Shown piece after piece: positions 19,271 through 28,979 of a DNA stretch of 64,000 nucleotides. Every line of letters starts with the position of its first letter. Position 1 is the first letter of the stretch. Source of the DNA: an uncultured Gemmatimonadales bacterium (GTDB taxonomy: Bacteria; Gemmatimonadota; Gemmatimonadetes; Longimicrobiales; RSA9). A program made the translations under genes and the position numbers. The notes below the pieces were generated by a model. The model did no database searches and was not told the DNA's origin. It saw only the letters and a program-made list of their open reading frames with translations. Location of the stretch: contig CAVUKA010000001.1 in assembly GCA_963741945.1 (NCBI GenBank), forward strand, positions 64,001 to 128,000, in the 5' to 3' direction.

Positions 19271-20955
19271 GCGGCTCCGTTCGTGTCACGGCCGTACAGT
19301 GCGTCGGCCACCTCGTCCATGTCCGCCACGAGTCCCGCCTGCGCCGCGTGGATCGGCCCGACGCGGAGCGACTGCTGGAAGCCCGCGAGATCCGGGAGCG
19401 GCACGCCATCGGCGCCCACGGCCCAGCGGATTCCCTCCGCCACGACCGCCGCCGCGGCCTCCCGCGCGTAGACACGGCTGGCCGCCGTGAGGGCGTCCGG
19501 TGCCAGGCGACGATCGGCTTTGGCCGGCAGCTCGCCCGCCGCGGCCCGCGCGGCCCGGCGAGTCAGCGCCGCCGCCGCTTCGACGCGGGCGATGAGGTCG
19601 CCGAACCGCAACAGGAGGTGCTGACTCCGCGTGAGGCGCTGGAGACGGGCGCGCTCCAGCAGCTCCGCCAGGGCGTGGGCGGCCAGAGCGACCGTGTCGG
19701 CCCCCACGCCGGGCGCCACGGCGGACACCTGCTCCAGCTTCACCGCCTCATCGTGGTAGTGCTGCCCGCGCGTCTTCAGATGCTGCTGCCAGCGGTCCCG
19801 TGCAATGGTCATCTCCATGATCTCCGACGTGCCCTCGTAGATCGTGGTGATGCGTACGTCGCGGCGGATCTTCTCCACCTCGTACTCCCGCACGTAGCCG
19901 TAGCCGCCCAGCGCCTGCATCGCCGCGTCCGCCGCCGCGTTCCCCGCTTCCGTGGCGATGTACTTGGCAATGGCGCCCTCCGTGTTCAGCGCGCCTTCGC
20001 CCGCGTCGATCCGCACCGCCGTCTCCTCGATGCACGCCCGCCCGGCTTCCAGACGGCAGGCGTGCGGCACGATCAGCTTGTGCGTGTAGCCCTGTTTCTC
20101 GGCAAGGGGACCGCCCGCCTGGATGCGCGTCCTCGAGTACGCGATGGCCCGATCCAGCGCCGCCCAGCCGGCGCCCAGGCCAAACGCGGCCACCATGAGC
20201 CGCGTGTAGCCGAACACCAGCTGCGCCTGTACGAGCCCCTGCCCCTCCACGCCGCCCACCAGGTCGGACGCCGGGACATACACGTCGTCGAAGGAAAGCG
20301 CGGCCGTATTGCTCGCCCGGATCCCGTGCTTGTCCTCCGGCTTCCCGTGGTCGAGCCCGTCCACCCCCTTCTCCAGCACGAACCACGTCGGCCCGCCCGG
20401 GGCAAGGGCGAGAACGCTGTAGAGGTCGGCGAACCCGCCGTTGCTGATCCACATCTTGGCGCCGTTGATGCGATAGCCGACCACCGCGCCGCCCTCCTCC
20501 ACCCGCTTCGCCACCGTCCGGAGCGCGCCCAGATCGCTTCCCGCTTCCGGCTCCGTGGCGCCGTACGCCATCAGCAATCCCTCTTCCGCGATCCGCCCCA
20601 GCCAGCGCGCCTTCTGCTCTTCCGTCCCACCCCAGAGGATCGGATCACTGCCCAGGAACGTGGCCAGAACCCCCGTCGCCACGCCGAGATCGATCGCCGA
20701 CAGCAGCTCGCACACGCGGTACACGTCGAACGCGCCCCCATCCATCCCGCCGTATGCCTCGGGGATGAAGAGGAGCTGCACGCCCAGCTCCCCGCACATG
20801 GCGCGGATCGTCTCCTCCGGGAACTCGTGGCTGGCGTCCAGCTCGAGCAGCCGCTCCCTGGGCAGGTGCTCGGCCGCGAAATCGCGGATCGAGGCGAGGA
20901 TCAGCTCCAGCGTCTCCCGGTCCAGACCGGCGTTCGGCGTCGCAACGATGGTCAT
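19267..20955 (-). CDS. Acyl-CoA dehydrogenase with C-terminal extension
   Basis: TEPEAGSD, INGAKMWISNG, KHGIRASNT, QALGGYGY..EY, IYEGTSEI; stop overlaps the PKS start. Confidence 0.95.
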   Translation of the reverse strand: MTIVATPNAGLDRETLELILASIRDFAAEHLPRERLLELDASHEFPEETIRAMCGELGVQLLFIPEAYGGMDGGAFDVYRVCELLSAIDLGVATGVLATFLGSDPILWGGTEEQKARWLGRIAEEGLLMAYGATEPEAGSDLGALRTVAKRVEEGGAVVGYRINGAKMWISNGGFADLYSVLALAPGGPTWFVLEKGVDGLDHGKPEDKHGIRASNTAALSFDDVYVPASDLVGGVEGQGLVQAQLVFGYTRLMVAAFGLGAGWAALDRAIAYSRTRIQAGGPLAEKQGYTHKLIVPHACRLEAGRACIEETAVRIDAGEGALNTEGAIAKYIATEAGNAAADAAMQALGGYGYVREYEVEKIRRDVRITTIYEGTSEIMEMTIARDRWQQHLKTRGQHYHDEAVKLEQVSAVAPGVGADTVALAAHALAELLERARLQRLTRSQHLLLRFGDLIARVEAAAALTRRAARAAAGELPAKADRRLAPDALTAASRVYAREAAAAVVAEGIRWAVGADGVPLPDLAGFQQSLRVGPIHAAQAGLVADMDEVADALYGRDTNGAA

Positions 20956-21233
20956 GAGGCGTTCGGGGATGTAGAGATTGGACAGCGGGCGGAGCCCGGG
21001 CGCGATCGACGGCTACGACCCTCGCGCACGAAGGTCACGGCCCTGATGCACGGGATCCCGTGAGTTACCGCGGCCGGCCTGGCGACGAAAGGAGGCGATG
21101 CCGGAATCTGCGGCGGGGAGGTTCCGCACACCGCGCGTGGGGTATTTCCCTGCGACGGAATTCGCCGCGAAAGACGAGCGAGGGGCCTGCGATCACCGTC
21201 GCAAGCCCCTGGCCCCTGGCCGGCTCCCGTGCC

Positions 21234-21842
21234 TCAGTGGCGCGGTCCGGCGGGCGGGGACGCCTCCCGCTTGAACGCCGACGCCTCCTGCGCAGCGAAA
21301 TCGCGGTTCCGCTCCGCCTCCTCCTTCAGCACCTCGCGGTCGTGGGCCAGGTTGCGCCGCGCCCGCTCCAGTCGGAGCTCGCTCGCGTCCCGCATGTCGC
21401 GCGCTGCGCTGCCGGCGAAGATGGCGGCGGCGAGGGCGAGGGCAGCGCCTACGATCAGGCCGCCGGCCCAGAACGCCCCGCCCAGCAGGACGCCGATCCC
21501 GAGGATGGCGCCCGTGGTGAGGGCGAGGCCCGCCAGCAGGCCGAGTGAGAGCGCGACGCCCAGCTTGGTCAGGTCCTTCGCCAGAGTGCGCCCCGCGTCC
21601 TGCAGCTCGGCCGAGAAGGTGCCGGCCACCTCCCGCAGCTCGAGCTTCGCCAGCTCCAGCTCGTCGTGCACCAGCTGTGTCGCGTCGCGGTTCAGCCGGC
21701 CGAGGAGCTGCTTGAGATCGGCGCCGTCCCCGGCCGGGGCGCGGCCGGCACGGAGATACCCCGGGACGGGCTCGCGCAGCCGCTCGACGGACGGGCCGCC
21801 GGGTCTGGGCGTGCGCTCGGGCGTGTATTCGCCGGCGCTCAT
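21234..21842 (-). CDS. Holin-X/YqjE (DUF1469)-like membrane protein
   Basis: L..DATQLVHDELELAKLEL followed by two TM helices; coupled to the DUF3618 gene. Confidence 0.75.
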   Translation of the reverse strand: MSAGEYTPERTPRPGGPSVERLREPVPGYLRAGRAPAGDGADLKQLLGRLNRDATQLVHDELELAKLELREVAGTFSAELQDAGRTLAKDLTKLGVALSLGLLAGLALTTGAILGIGVLLGGAFWAGGLIVGAALALAAAIFAGSAARDMRDASELRLERARRNLAHDREVLKEEAERNRDFAAQEASAFKREASPPAGPRH

Positions 21843-22870
21843 GCTCCCCTCCCCGGCTCGGTCATGGACCGATCCGCGGTCTGGCGATGGTCCTCACCGT
21901 CCGCCACGGGCCAGCTCTCGTCCACCGCCCGCCGCGCCGCCTCCCCGGCCTTCTCCCGGGCGACGTCGTGCGCGCGCCCGCTCATTCGCCGAGCCTGCTC
22001 CTCCGCCCGGTCCAGCACCCGGTCCCGCGTGCGACCGAAGAGCTCGTGCTCGCGCTGCGTCTCCGGCGCCATCAAGCCCGCGGCGAAGCCCAGTGCCGCC
22101 GCCACTGCGCCCGCGGCCAGCGGGTTCTCGCGCACCGCGTACTCGACCCTGTGCTCCGCCCGCATGGTCTGGTGCTCGGCCTCGTGCACCCACTCTCCCG
22201 CCCGCTCGCGGCCGTGTCGCACGCGGTCGGCGGCTTCGTCCGTCAGCTCCGACGCCTTCTCCCGGGCCGTGTCCGCGGCGTCGCTCGCCTTCTCCTGCAC
22301 CCGCGATGCCGCCTGCCGCACACGCTCCTTCGCCCCGGCCTCGGTGTCGTCGCCGGACTCGACGTCCCGGCTCTGCCGCAGCCGCGCCGCCTCGAGCTCC
22401 GAACCGGTGATGTAGCCGGCCGCGTACCGCTCCGCGTAAGGCTCCGCCGCGTAGCCGACGGCGTACCGTTCCACGTACGGGTCCGCCGGGCCGTAGCCGC
22501 CCCGGACCCGGGCCCGGCCCTGCAGGCGACGCGACCGCTCGTACTCGTCGTCGTCATGCCCGCCGCCGTTCGCCACCAGCCAGGCGAGCCCCACGCCCAC
22601 CATCGTGGCCGGGATCGGGTTCTCCTTGATGGTCTGCCACAGGCCCCGGCCGCCCTCCGACACCTCGTGCTCGACGTCCCTCATGGTGCTCCTCGCCTTC
22701 CGCTTCACCGTTCGCTTCCACTCGTCCACTTCACCCCGGGCCCGCGCCTTCAGCTCGCGCTGCAGCCGGTCCGGGTTCACGCGGGCGCCGATCTCCTCTA
22801 CCGTGTCCGCCATGCGGGCGCGCGTATCCTCGATCCGCTCACGGACCTCCCGTTCCGATTCCTCACGCAT
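21839..22870 (-). CDS. DUF3618-domain protein with DUF883-like repeats
   Basis: VRERIEDTRARMADTVEEIGARVNP; two ENP(I/L) + hydrophobic segments; PETQRE; start MREESER with GAGG RBS. Confidence 0.8.
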   Translation of the reverse strand: MREESEREVRERIEDTRARMADTVEEIGARVNPDRLQRELKARARGEVDEWKRTVKRKARSTMRDVEHEVSEGGRGLWQTIKENPIPATMVGVGLAWLVANGGGHDDDEYERSRRLQGRARVRGGYGPADPYVERYAVGYAAEPYAERYAAGYITGSELEAARLRQSRDVESGDDTEAGAKERVRQAASRVQEKASDAADTAREKASELTDEAADRVRHGRERAGEWVHEAEHQTMRAEHRVEYAVRENPLAAGAVAAALGFAAGLMAPETQREHELFGRTRDRVLDRAEEQARRMSGRAHDVAREKAGEAARRAVDESWPVADGEDHRQTADRSMTEPGRGA

Positions 22871-23582
22871 AGCCGCCCTCCTCCTCGATCCGCTCCGCCG
22901 CCTCGCGCGGTGGGGCTTCCCGGCGATAGGGCGCCGACGGGCGGGACTCGCTGCGATACCCCCGCCCCGGCTCAGGGCCGTACACACCGCCATATCCCGC
23001 GGACGACTCGTAGCCCCGGCTCCCGGCGTAGCCACGGCCGGAATCGTACCCCCGGTCACGTCCGCCGCCCCGGGCCTCGGAGCCCGAGCTCTTCAGGAAA
23101 CGCGCGCCAGCCAGCCCCAGCGCGAACGCGCCACCAAGGAAGAGCGGCGCGTTGTCACGGGCGAAACGGCGCGCCTCGCGCGTCAGCCCATCCACGTCGC
23201 GCCGTTCCAGGTACCGCGACGCACCTTCCACGCGTTCCGCCACCGTCTCCAGGAAACGACTGTACTGCCGATCGTCTTCCGGCAGGTCCTCGCTCCCGCG
23301 CCGCAGCGCGTCCGCCACGGTCCGCATCCCGCCGGCGACCCGCTCCTTCTGCTCATCCGCACGTGAACGCGCCTCGCTCGCCGCTTCGTGCCCGAGATCC
23401 CGGGCCTTCTCCTTGCCCTCCTCCACCAGCTCGCGGCCACGGTCCCTGGCCTCCGCGGCGACGGCCTCGGCGCTCGACTCCGCCCGGTACACAGTGCTCC
23501 GCACCTTCTCCTTCGCCTTCCCGGTCGCGTTCTCCGGCTCCCGCCGCCGATGTCGTTCCGCCGACTCGTGTGATTCCGCCAT
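22863..23582 (-). CDS. Hypothetical hydrophilic stress-type protein (LEA/DUF883-like)
   Basis: EQKERVAGGM..VADALR, RYLERRDVDGL..EARRFARDNAPLFLGGAFALGLAGARFLKSS, a common partner of DUF3618/holin-like genes. Confidence 0.75.
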   Translation of the reverse strand: MAESHESAERHRRREPENATGKAKEKVRSTVYRAESSAEAVAAEARDRGRELVEEGKEKARDLGHEAASEARSRADEQKERVAGGMRTVADALRRGSEDLPEDDRQYSRFLETVAERVEGASRYLERRDVDGLTREARRFARDNAPLFLGGAFALGLAGARFLKSSGSEARGGGRDRGYDSGRGYAGSRGYESSAGYGGVYGPEPGRGYRSESRPSAPYRREAPPREAAERIEEEGGYA

Positions 23583-23717
23583 CTGATTCTCCCAGCTGGA
23601 TTTACATCGCCTGGCATGCGCGGCTCGCGGCCATGGGAAGGCGTGCGAGCCGTGTAAACATTTGATGCATTCGCTGTGCCGGACGCTCTGTCCGGAGCCG
23701 CCGGTGGGCGGGGGCGC

Positions 23718-25055
23718 TCAGTAGGCGTCGAAGCGCGGATTGACGATGGCGTTGTGGATGGAGCCGAACGTGTAGCTGAGGCCGACGGACAGGCGGTAGG
23801 TGAAGTCCGTCTGGAGCTCGGTGAGGCGGAGGAGGATCTCCTCGTTGGAAGCGCCCTCGGCGGGGAGTGAGATCTGGTCGTGGACGCGGCTGTAGCGGCC
23901 GCGGACATCGAGGGACAGCCCGCGCAGCAGGTTCACTTCGACATCACCGCGCCAGGTGATGCGGTACTTGGCGGCATCGGCCTGCGCCTGCGCCTCCGGC
24001 GTGGGCGCGTCGGGTGTCCAGTGGAGGATCTGCCGTCCCTCCACGGAGGAGTAGATGCTGCCCCAGGGCTGTCGCAGGGAGAGGGCGACGTTGAGCGTGT
24101 GGTCGAGGAGGCGGTCCCGCGTCTTGCCGTACAGCGTGACTTCGTCGTACGTGCGGTAGGCGGGGCCGAGGGTGTAGAGGATGGTGAGCTGGCGGCGGGT
24201 GGACTCGTCGTAGGGGAAGACGTCATACTCGATCCCGGGCGCCACGCGAGCGGCGAGGGAGATGTTGGAGTAGGTGGACGAGCTGAGGGAGCCGACCAGG
24301 CCTGCGGACCAGTGGGCGCCGAGCGCCTTGACGTTCATCCCGTCGAGGCGGTAGGAGCGCTGCACGGCGCGGGTGGTGGATCCGTCCTCGAGGGTGTAGC
24401 GGCTGTCGTCGTAATTCGACTCCAGGCCGAGCTCGGTCTTCCACTCGGGGGTGACGCGGTTCACGTCGACGCTCCCCTCGAGGGAGGTGCTCTTCTGGAG
24501 CGACTCGCCCTCGAGGCTGGTGCCGGCGCGCAGCCGGAAGACCCAGGCGTTCCAGGGATCGACCGCGACACCCGTGGCGGCGCCCGCGTGGATGTCTCCG
24601 GTGTAGGCCACGTCGAGGCCGGGTGCGAGAGCCGTACGGGCGACGAAGGGGACGAGCCCGATGCGGAGCCAGCGAGCGAAGCGCTGGCGATTCTCGTCGT
24701 CCGTGGTCGACGGGGGCGAGGAGAAGTGCAGGGTGTCCGCCCGCCCGAGGAACCCGTTCCGACCGATGAGCCTCATGGTGTAGGCGCGCCCGCCGCCGCC
24801 GGTCTCGTCGGTGGTGACGAGGACGTGGACGGCGGCATCCTGCCGGTTCCGGACCCATTCGATCCAGTCCATCTCGGTGCGCAGGTAGTCGAAGTCGCAC
24901 CCGGGCACCCGGTCCTGGCAGTCGAGATAGACGCGGAGACCGGCGGGCTCCGGCTGCTGCGCGGCGGCGCCGCGCGGCGCGAGACCGGCCCCGATGACGA
25001 GGAGGAGAGCAATGCCCAGGCGGCCCGGGCCGCCACGCGCGCCGATTCGATCCAT
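23718..25055 (-). CDS. Putative outer-membrane beta-barrel protein
   Basis: Signal peptide, VYLDC..CDFDYLRTE N-domain, DPWNAWVF, amphipathic strands, C-terminal YTFGSIHNAIVNPRF; start uncertain. Confidence 0.7.
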   Translation of the reverse strand: MDRIGARGGPGRLGIALLLVIGAGLAPRGAAAQQPEPAGLRVYLDCQDRVPGCDFDYLRTEMDWIEWVRNRQDAAVHVLVTTDETGGGGRAYTMRLIGRNGFLGRADTLHFSSPPSTTDDENRQRFARWLRIGLVPFVARTALAPGLDVAYTGDIHAGAATGVAVDPWNAWVFRLRAGTSLEGESLQKSTSLEGSVDVNRVTPEWKTELGLESNYDDSRYTLEDGSTTRAVQRSYRLDGMNVKALGAHWSAGLVGSLSSSTYSNISLAARVAPGIEYDVFPYDESTRRQLTILYTLGPAYRTYDEVTLYGKTRDRLLDHTLNVALSLRQPWGSIYSSVEGRQILHWTPDAPTPEAQAQADAAKYRITWRGDVEVNLLRGLSLDVRGRYSRVHDQISLPAEGASNEEILLRLTELQTDFTYRLSVGLSYTFGSIHNAIVNPRFDAY

Positions 25056-25250
25056 GAACTCCGCTGGGTACGTATCCCTTGGGTCGGGGCTCGCAAGATG
25101 AACCCCGGGCGCTCCGCCCGCAAACACACCGGGCCCGGGCCCGGACCGTCATGCCCCGCCCGGCTTCTGCCCACCGCTTTCCGGGGCCGGGCGCAGGCCT
25201 TATCCTCCGATGTTCAACCGAACACTCATCCCGAATCCAGGAACCCGCCC

Positions 25251-28200
25251 ATGTCGCGGCTCACGGTGCCCGCCGTCCTGCTGATGGCGCTCTCGTCCGT
25301 CCCCTGCTTCGCGTCCGCCCAGTCCACGCGGCTCCTTCGTCAGCCCGATGTCAGCGACCGCTACGTGGCGTTCGCCTACGCGGGCGACATCTGGCTGGCG
25401 CCCAGAGCGGGCGGAGAGGCGAGGCGTGTGACGTCATCGCCGACAGTGGAGAGCGATCCGCACTTCTCGCCGGACGGCAAATGGCTGGCGTTCACGGGCG
25501 AGTACGGCGGCAACCCGGACGTCTACGTGGAGCCGGTGGCGGGCGGCGAGCCGCGTCGCCTGACGTGGCACCCGGGGCCCGACCAGGTGCGCGGCTGGAC
25601 GCCGGATGGCAGGAAAGTGGTGTTCGTCTCCACGCGCACGGGCGTGCCGGACGCGGAGCCGAAGCTGTGGACGGTGGCCGTGGACGGCGGGATGCCGGAA
25701 GCGATGGTGGTGCCGCGGGCGCAGGCCGGGGACGTGTCGCCGGACGGACGCTTCGTCGCCTACCAGATGGTGCGGCCGTGGGAGAACGAGTTCCGGAACT
25801 ACCGGGGCGGTCAGAACCAGCCGATCCGGGTGCTGGACCTGAAGGACCACTCGATGACGAAGGTCCCGTGGACGGACAGCCGGGACCAGCAGCCGGCCTG
25901 GCTCGGCAGCACGATCTACTTCATCTCCGACCGGGACTGGACCAACAACGTCTGGGCGTACGACACGCAGACAAAGCAGCTGAAGCAGATCACGCGCTAC
26001 CCCGACTTCGAGGTGGAGAGCGTGAACGCGGGCGCGGGCGCCGTGGTGTACGAGCAGGCGGGCGACATCCACCTGTTCGACCCCGCTGACGGTAGCGATA
26101 CCAAGCTCGACATCCGCGCCACCGGCGACTTCCCGTGGGCCATGCCGCACGCGGCGGAGGTGGGTGCGGACCTCACGGAGCCGCAGCTCTCGCCCACGGG
26201 CGTGCGCGCCGTGTTCGAAGCGCGCGGCGACATCTTCACGGTGCCGGCGGACAAGGGCACCTGGCGGAACCTGACCCGCTCCTCCGGAGTGGCCGACCGC
26301 ACCCCCGTGTGGTCGCCCGACGGGGAGCGAGTGGGGTGGTTCAGCGATCAGGATGGCGAGTACCGGTTCATGGTCGGCCCGCAGGACGGCACCAGCGCGC
26401 CGCGCGCGTACGATATCCCGCGGCCGACCTATTTCTACTCCCCGGCGTGGTCGCCGGACGGGACGCGGATCCTGTTCACCGACGCGGCCGTGCGGCTGCG
26501 GGTCCTGGACCTGGCATCGGGGAAGGTCACGGACGTGGACCAGGACACCTACACGTGGCCGGACCGGGACCTGGCGCCCACCTGGGCGCCGGACTCCCGC
26601 TGGATCGCGTACCAGAAGCGGCTGCCCGGCTCGCAGTACCACGCCATCTTCGTCTATTCCCTCGACGATGGCGCCACGCACCAGGTGACCGACGGGATGG
26701 CCGACGCCATCCACCCCGCGTGGGATCGGAGCGGCAAATACCTCCTCTTCCTCTCGTCCACCGACTGGGCGCTGAACACGGGCTGGCTGGACATGAGCTC
26801 GTACGAGCGCCCGGTGAGCCGCGGCGTCTACCTGGCCGTACTGCCGAAGGACGAGCCGTCGCCGATCCTCCCGGAAGCGGGCGACGAGCCGGGCGACAGC
26901 GCCACGCCGGGCACCGCTCGAGGCGGCGGCCGCGGCAAGGGCGCCGGCGAGGGGAACGGAGAATCGGCGGCGGACGCCTCGCCCCCCTCCGTTCGGATCG
27001 ACTTCGACGGCCTTTCGCAGCGGATCCTGGCGCTGGACGTGCCGAACCGGGACTACCGCCGTCTGCAGGCGGGGACGGCCGGGAAGTTCTTCTGGCTGGA
27101 GCGGGTCCCGAACCAGGGGATCATCCTGCACCGCTACGACCTCCAGGAGCGGAAGCTCGAGGACTTCGTCGCCTCGGCCGCCGCGCAGTACGCCCTCTCC
27201 GCCGACGGCAAGAAGCTGCTCTACCAGGCCGCGAACGAGCAGGGCCGGCCCACGCACCGGTGGTTCGTGGTGGACGCCACCGCGGCGCCGCCCTCCGGCG
27301 GCAAGGGCGCGCTGGCCACGCAGGGGATCGAGGCGCAGATCGACCCGCAGGCGGAGTGGCGGCAGATCTTCCGCGAAGCCGGGCGCATCGAGCGCGACTA
27401 CCTGTACGTGAAGAACCTCCACGGCGCCGACTGGCCGGCGATCCAGAAGGACTATGCCACGCTCCTGCCGTACGTGCGGCACCGCGCCGACCTGAACCAA
27501 CTGCTGGACCAGCTCCAGGGCGAGCTGGCCATCGGCCACAGCTTCGTGGGCGGCGGCGACATCCCGCGCGCCGACGCCTCGCCCGCCGGTCTCCTCGGCG
27601 CTGACATGGCCGTGGACCACGGCCGCTACCGGATCGCGAAGATCTACACGGGGGAGAACTGGAACCCGGAGCTGCAGGCCCCGCTCTCCGCGCCCGGCGT
27701 GAACATCCACGAGGGCGACTACATCCTGGCGGTCAATGGCGAGGCCATCACGCCGCCCGCGAACTTCTACGCACCGTTCGTGGGGACCGTGGGGCGCCAG
27801 GTGAAGCTGCTGGTGAACGGCCGCCCGAGCGAGGACGGCGCCCGCCTGGTCACCGTCGTTCCGATCCCCAACGAGGGCGGGCTGCGGACGCGGGACTGGG
27901 TCGAAGCCAATCGTCGCAAGGTGGACGAGCTTTCCGGCGGGAAGCTGGCGTACGTGTACGTCCCGAACACGGGACAGGGCGGCTACACCAGCTTCAACCG
28001 CTACTACTTCGCGCAGCAGGAGAAGCAGGGCGCGGTCATCGACGAGCGCTTCAACCACGGCGGGAGCATCGCCGACTACATGGTGGACGTCATGAGCCGC
28101 AAGCTCCACGGCTACTTCAACCAGCGCCTGGGCGACCACTACAGCGCCGTGACCGCCCCCGCCGCCGCCGTCTGGGGGCCGAAGGTGCTCATCATCAACG

Positions 28201-28574
28201 AGATGAGCGGCTCCGGCGGCGACATGTTCCCCTACATGTTCCACCAGATGAAGATCGGCCCCATGGTCGGGACCCGGACCTGGGGAGGCCTGGTGGGCCA
28301 CGGGGGGGAGCCCGACTTCATCGACGGCGGCCACATGTCGGCGCCCAGCACGGGCTTCTACGACCCGGATGGGAAGTGGGCCGTGGAGAACGAGGGCGTG
28401 CCGCCCGACATCGAGGTGGAGCAGACGCCCGCCGACGTCATCGCCGGCCACGATCCGCAGCTGGAACGCGCCGTGGCGGAGGCCATGAAGATGCTGCGGG
28501 AGAACCCGACGGTGCTGAAGCCGCAGCCGCCGGATCCCGTGCGGGTCCGGCCCCGGGGGGAGGCGCGGAGGTAG
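25251..28574 (+). CDS. Tricorn protease homolog (S41), second paralog
   Basis: Signal peptide MSRLTVPAVLL, TRLLRQPDV, PD40 repeats, DERFNHGG, catalytic GSGGD, DPQLERAV; true start 25251. Confidence 0.95.
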   Translation: MSRLTVPAVLLMALSSVPCFASAQSTRLLRQPDVSDRYVAFAYAGDIWLAPRAGGEARRVTSSPTVESDPHFSPDGKWLAFTGEYGGNPDVYVEPVAGGEPRRLTWHPGPDQVRGWTPDGRKVVFVSTRTGVPDAEPKLWTVAVDGGMPEAMVVPRAQAGDVSPDGRFVAYQMVRPWENEFRNYRGGQNQPIRVLDLKDHSMTKVPWTDSRDQQPAWLGSTIYFISDRDWTNNVWAYDTQTKQLKQITRYPDFEVESVNAGAGAVVYEQAGDIHLFDPADGSDTKLDIRATGDFPWAMPHAAEVGADLTEPQLSPTGVRAVFEARGDIFTVPADKGTWRNLTRSSGVADRTPVWSPDGERVGWFSDQDGEYRFMVGPQDGTSAPRAYDIPRPTYFYSPAWSPDGTRILFTDAAVRLRVLDLASGKVTDVDQDTYTWPDRDLAPTWAPDSRWIAYQKRLPGSQYHAIFVYSLDDGATHQVTDGMADAIHPAWDRSGKYLLFLSSTDWALNTGWLDMSSYERPVSRGVYLAVLPKDEPSPILPEAGDEPGDSATPGTARGGGRGKGAGEGNGESAADASPPSVRIDFDGLSQRILALDVPNRDYRRLQAGTAGKFFWLERVPNQGIILHRYDLQERKLEDFVASAAAQYALSADGKKLLYQAANEQGRPTHRWFVVDATAAPPSGGKGALATQGIEAQIDPQAEWRQIFREAGRIERDYLYVKNLHGADWPAIQKDYATLLPYVRHRADLNQLLDQLQGELAIGHSFVGGGDIPRADASPAGLLGADMAVDHGRYRIAKIYTGENWNPELQAPLSAPGVNIHEGDYILAVNGEAITPPANFYAPFVGTVGRQVKLLVNGRPSEDGARLVTVVPIPNEGGLRTRDWVEANRRKVDELSGGKLAYVYVPNTGQGGYTSFNRYYFAQQEKQGAVIDERFNHGGSIADYMVDVMSRKLHGYFNQRLGDHYSAVTAPAAAVWGPKVLIINEMSGSGGDMFPYMFHQMKIGPMVGTRTWGGLVGHGGEPDFIDGGHMSAPSTGFYDPDGKWAVENEGVPPDIEVEQTPADVIAGHDPQLERAVAEAMKMLRENPTVLKPQPPDPVRVRPRGEARR

Positions 28575-28903
28575 CGGAGAACGGCAACAGCATCTCACGC
28601 GGAGACGCGGAGAGCGCGGAGAACGGCAACAGCATCTCACGCGGAGACGCGGAGAGCGCGGAGAACGGCAACAGCATCTCACGCGGAGACGCGGAGAGCG
28701 CGGAGATCGGCAACAGCATCTCACGCGGAGACGCGGAGAGCGCGGAGATCGGCAACAGCATCTCACGCGGAGACGCGGAGAGCGCGGAGATCGGCAACAG
28801 CATCTCACGCGGAGACGCGGAGAGCGCGGAGAACGGCAACAGCATCTCACGCGGAGACGCGGAGAGCGCGGAGAACGGCAACAGCATCTCACGCGGAGAC
28901 GCG
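28574..28903. repeat. 42-bp tandem repeat, 7 full + 1 partial copy
   Basis: Unit gcggaga(a/t)cggcaacagcatctcacgcggagacgcggagagc starting at 28574, 28616 ... 28868. Confidence 0.95.
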
Positions 28904-28979
28904 AGCTGGCGCGGGCGAGGGGGGGCGGACAGCATTACTGTTTCGGATTGACCACGCCACTCTCGCCGGGAGGACCCGC

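Noticed and set aside
21234-21842. Prophage inferred from the holin-like gene
   Set aside because: No phage genes nearby; this family is a common chromosomal membrane protein.
28574-28903. CRISPR or guide array, or a repeat-protein ORF (28376-28951, 28438-28935)
   Set aside because: Units are contiguous and near-identical with no unique spacers and no cas genes; the ORFs are just read-through of a 42-bp stop-free unit.
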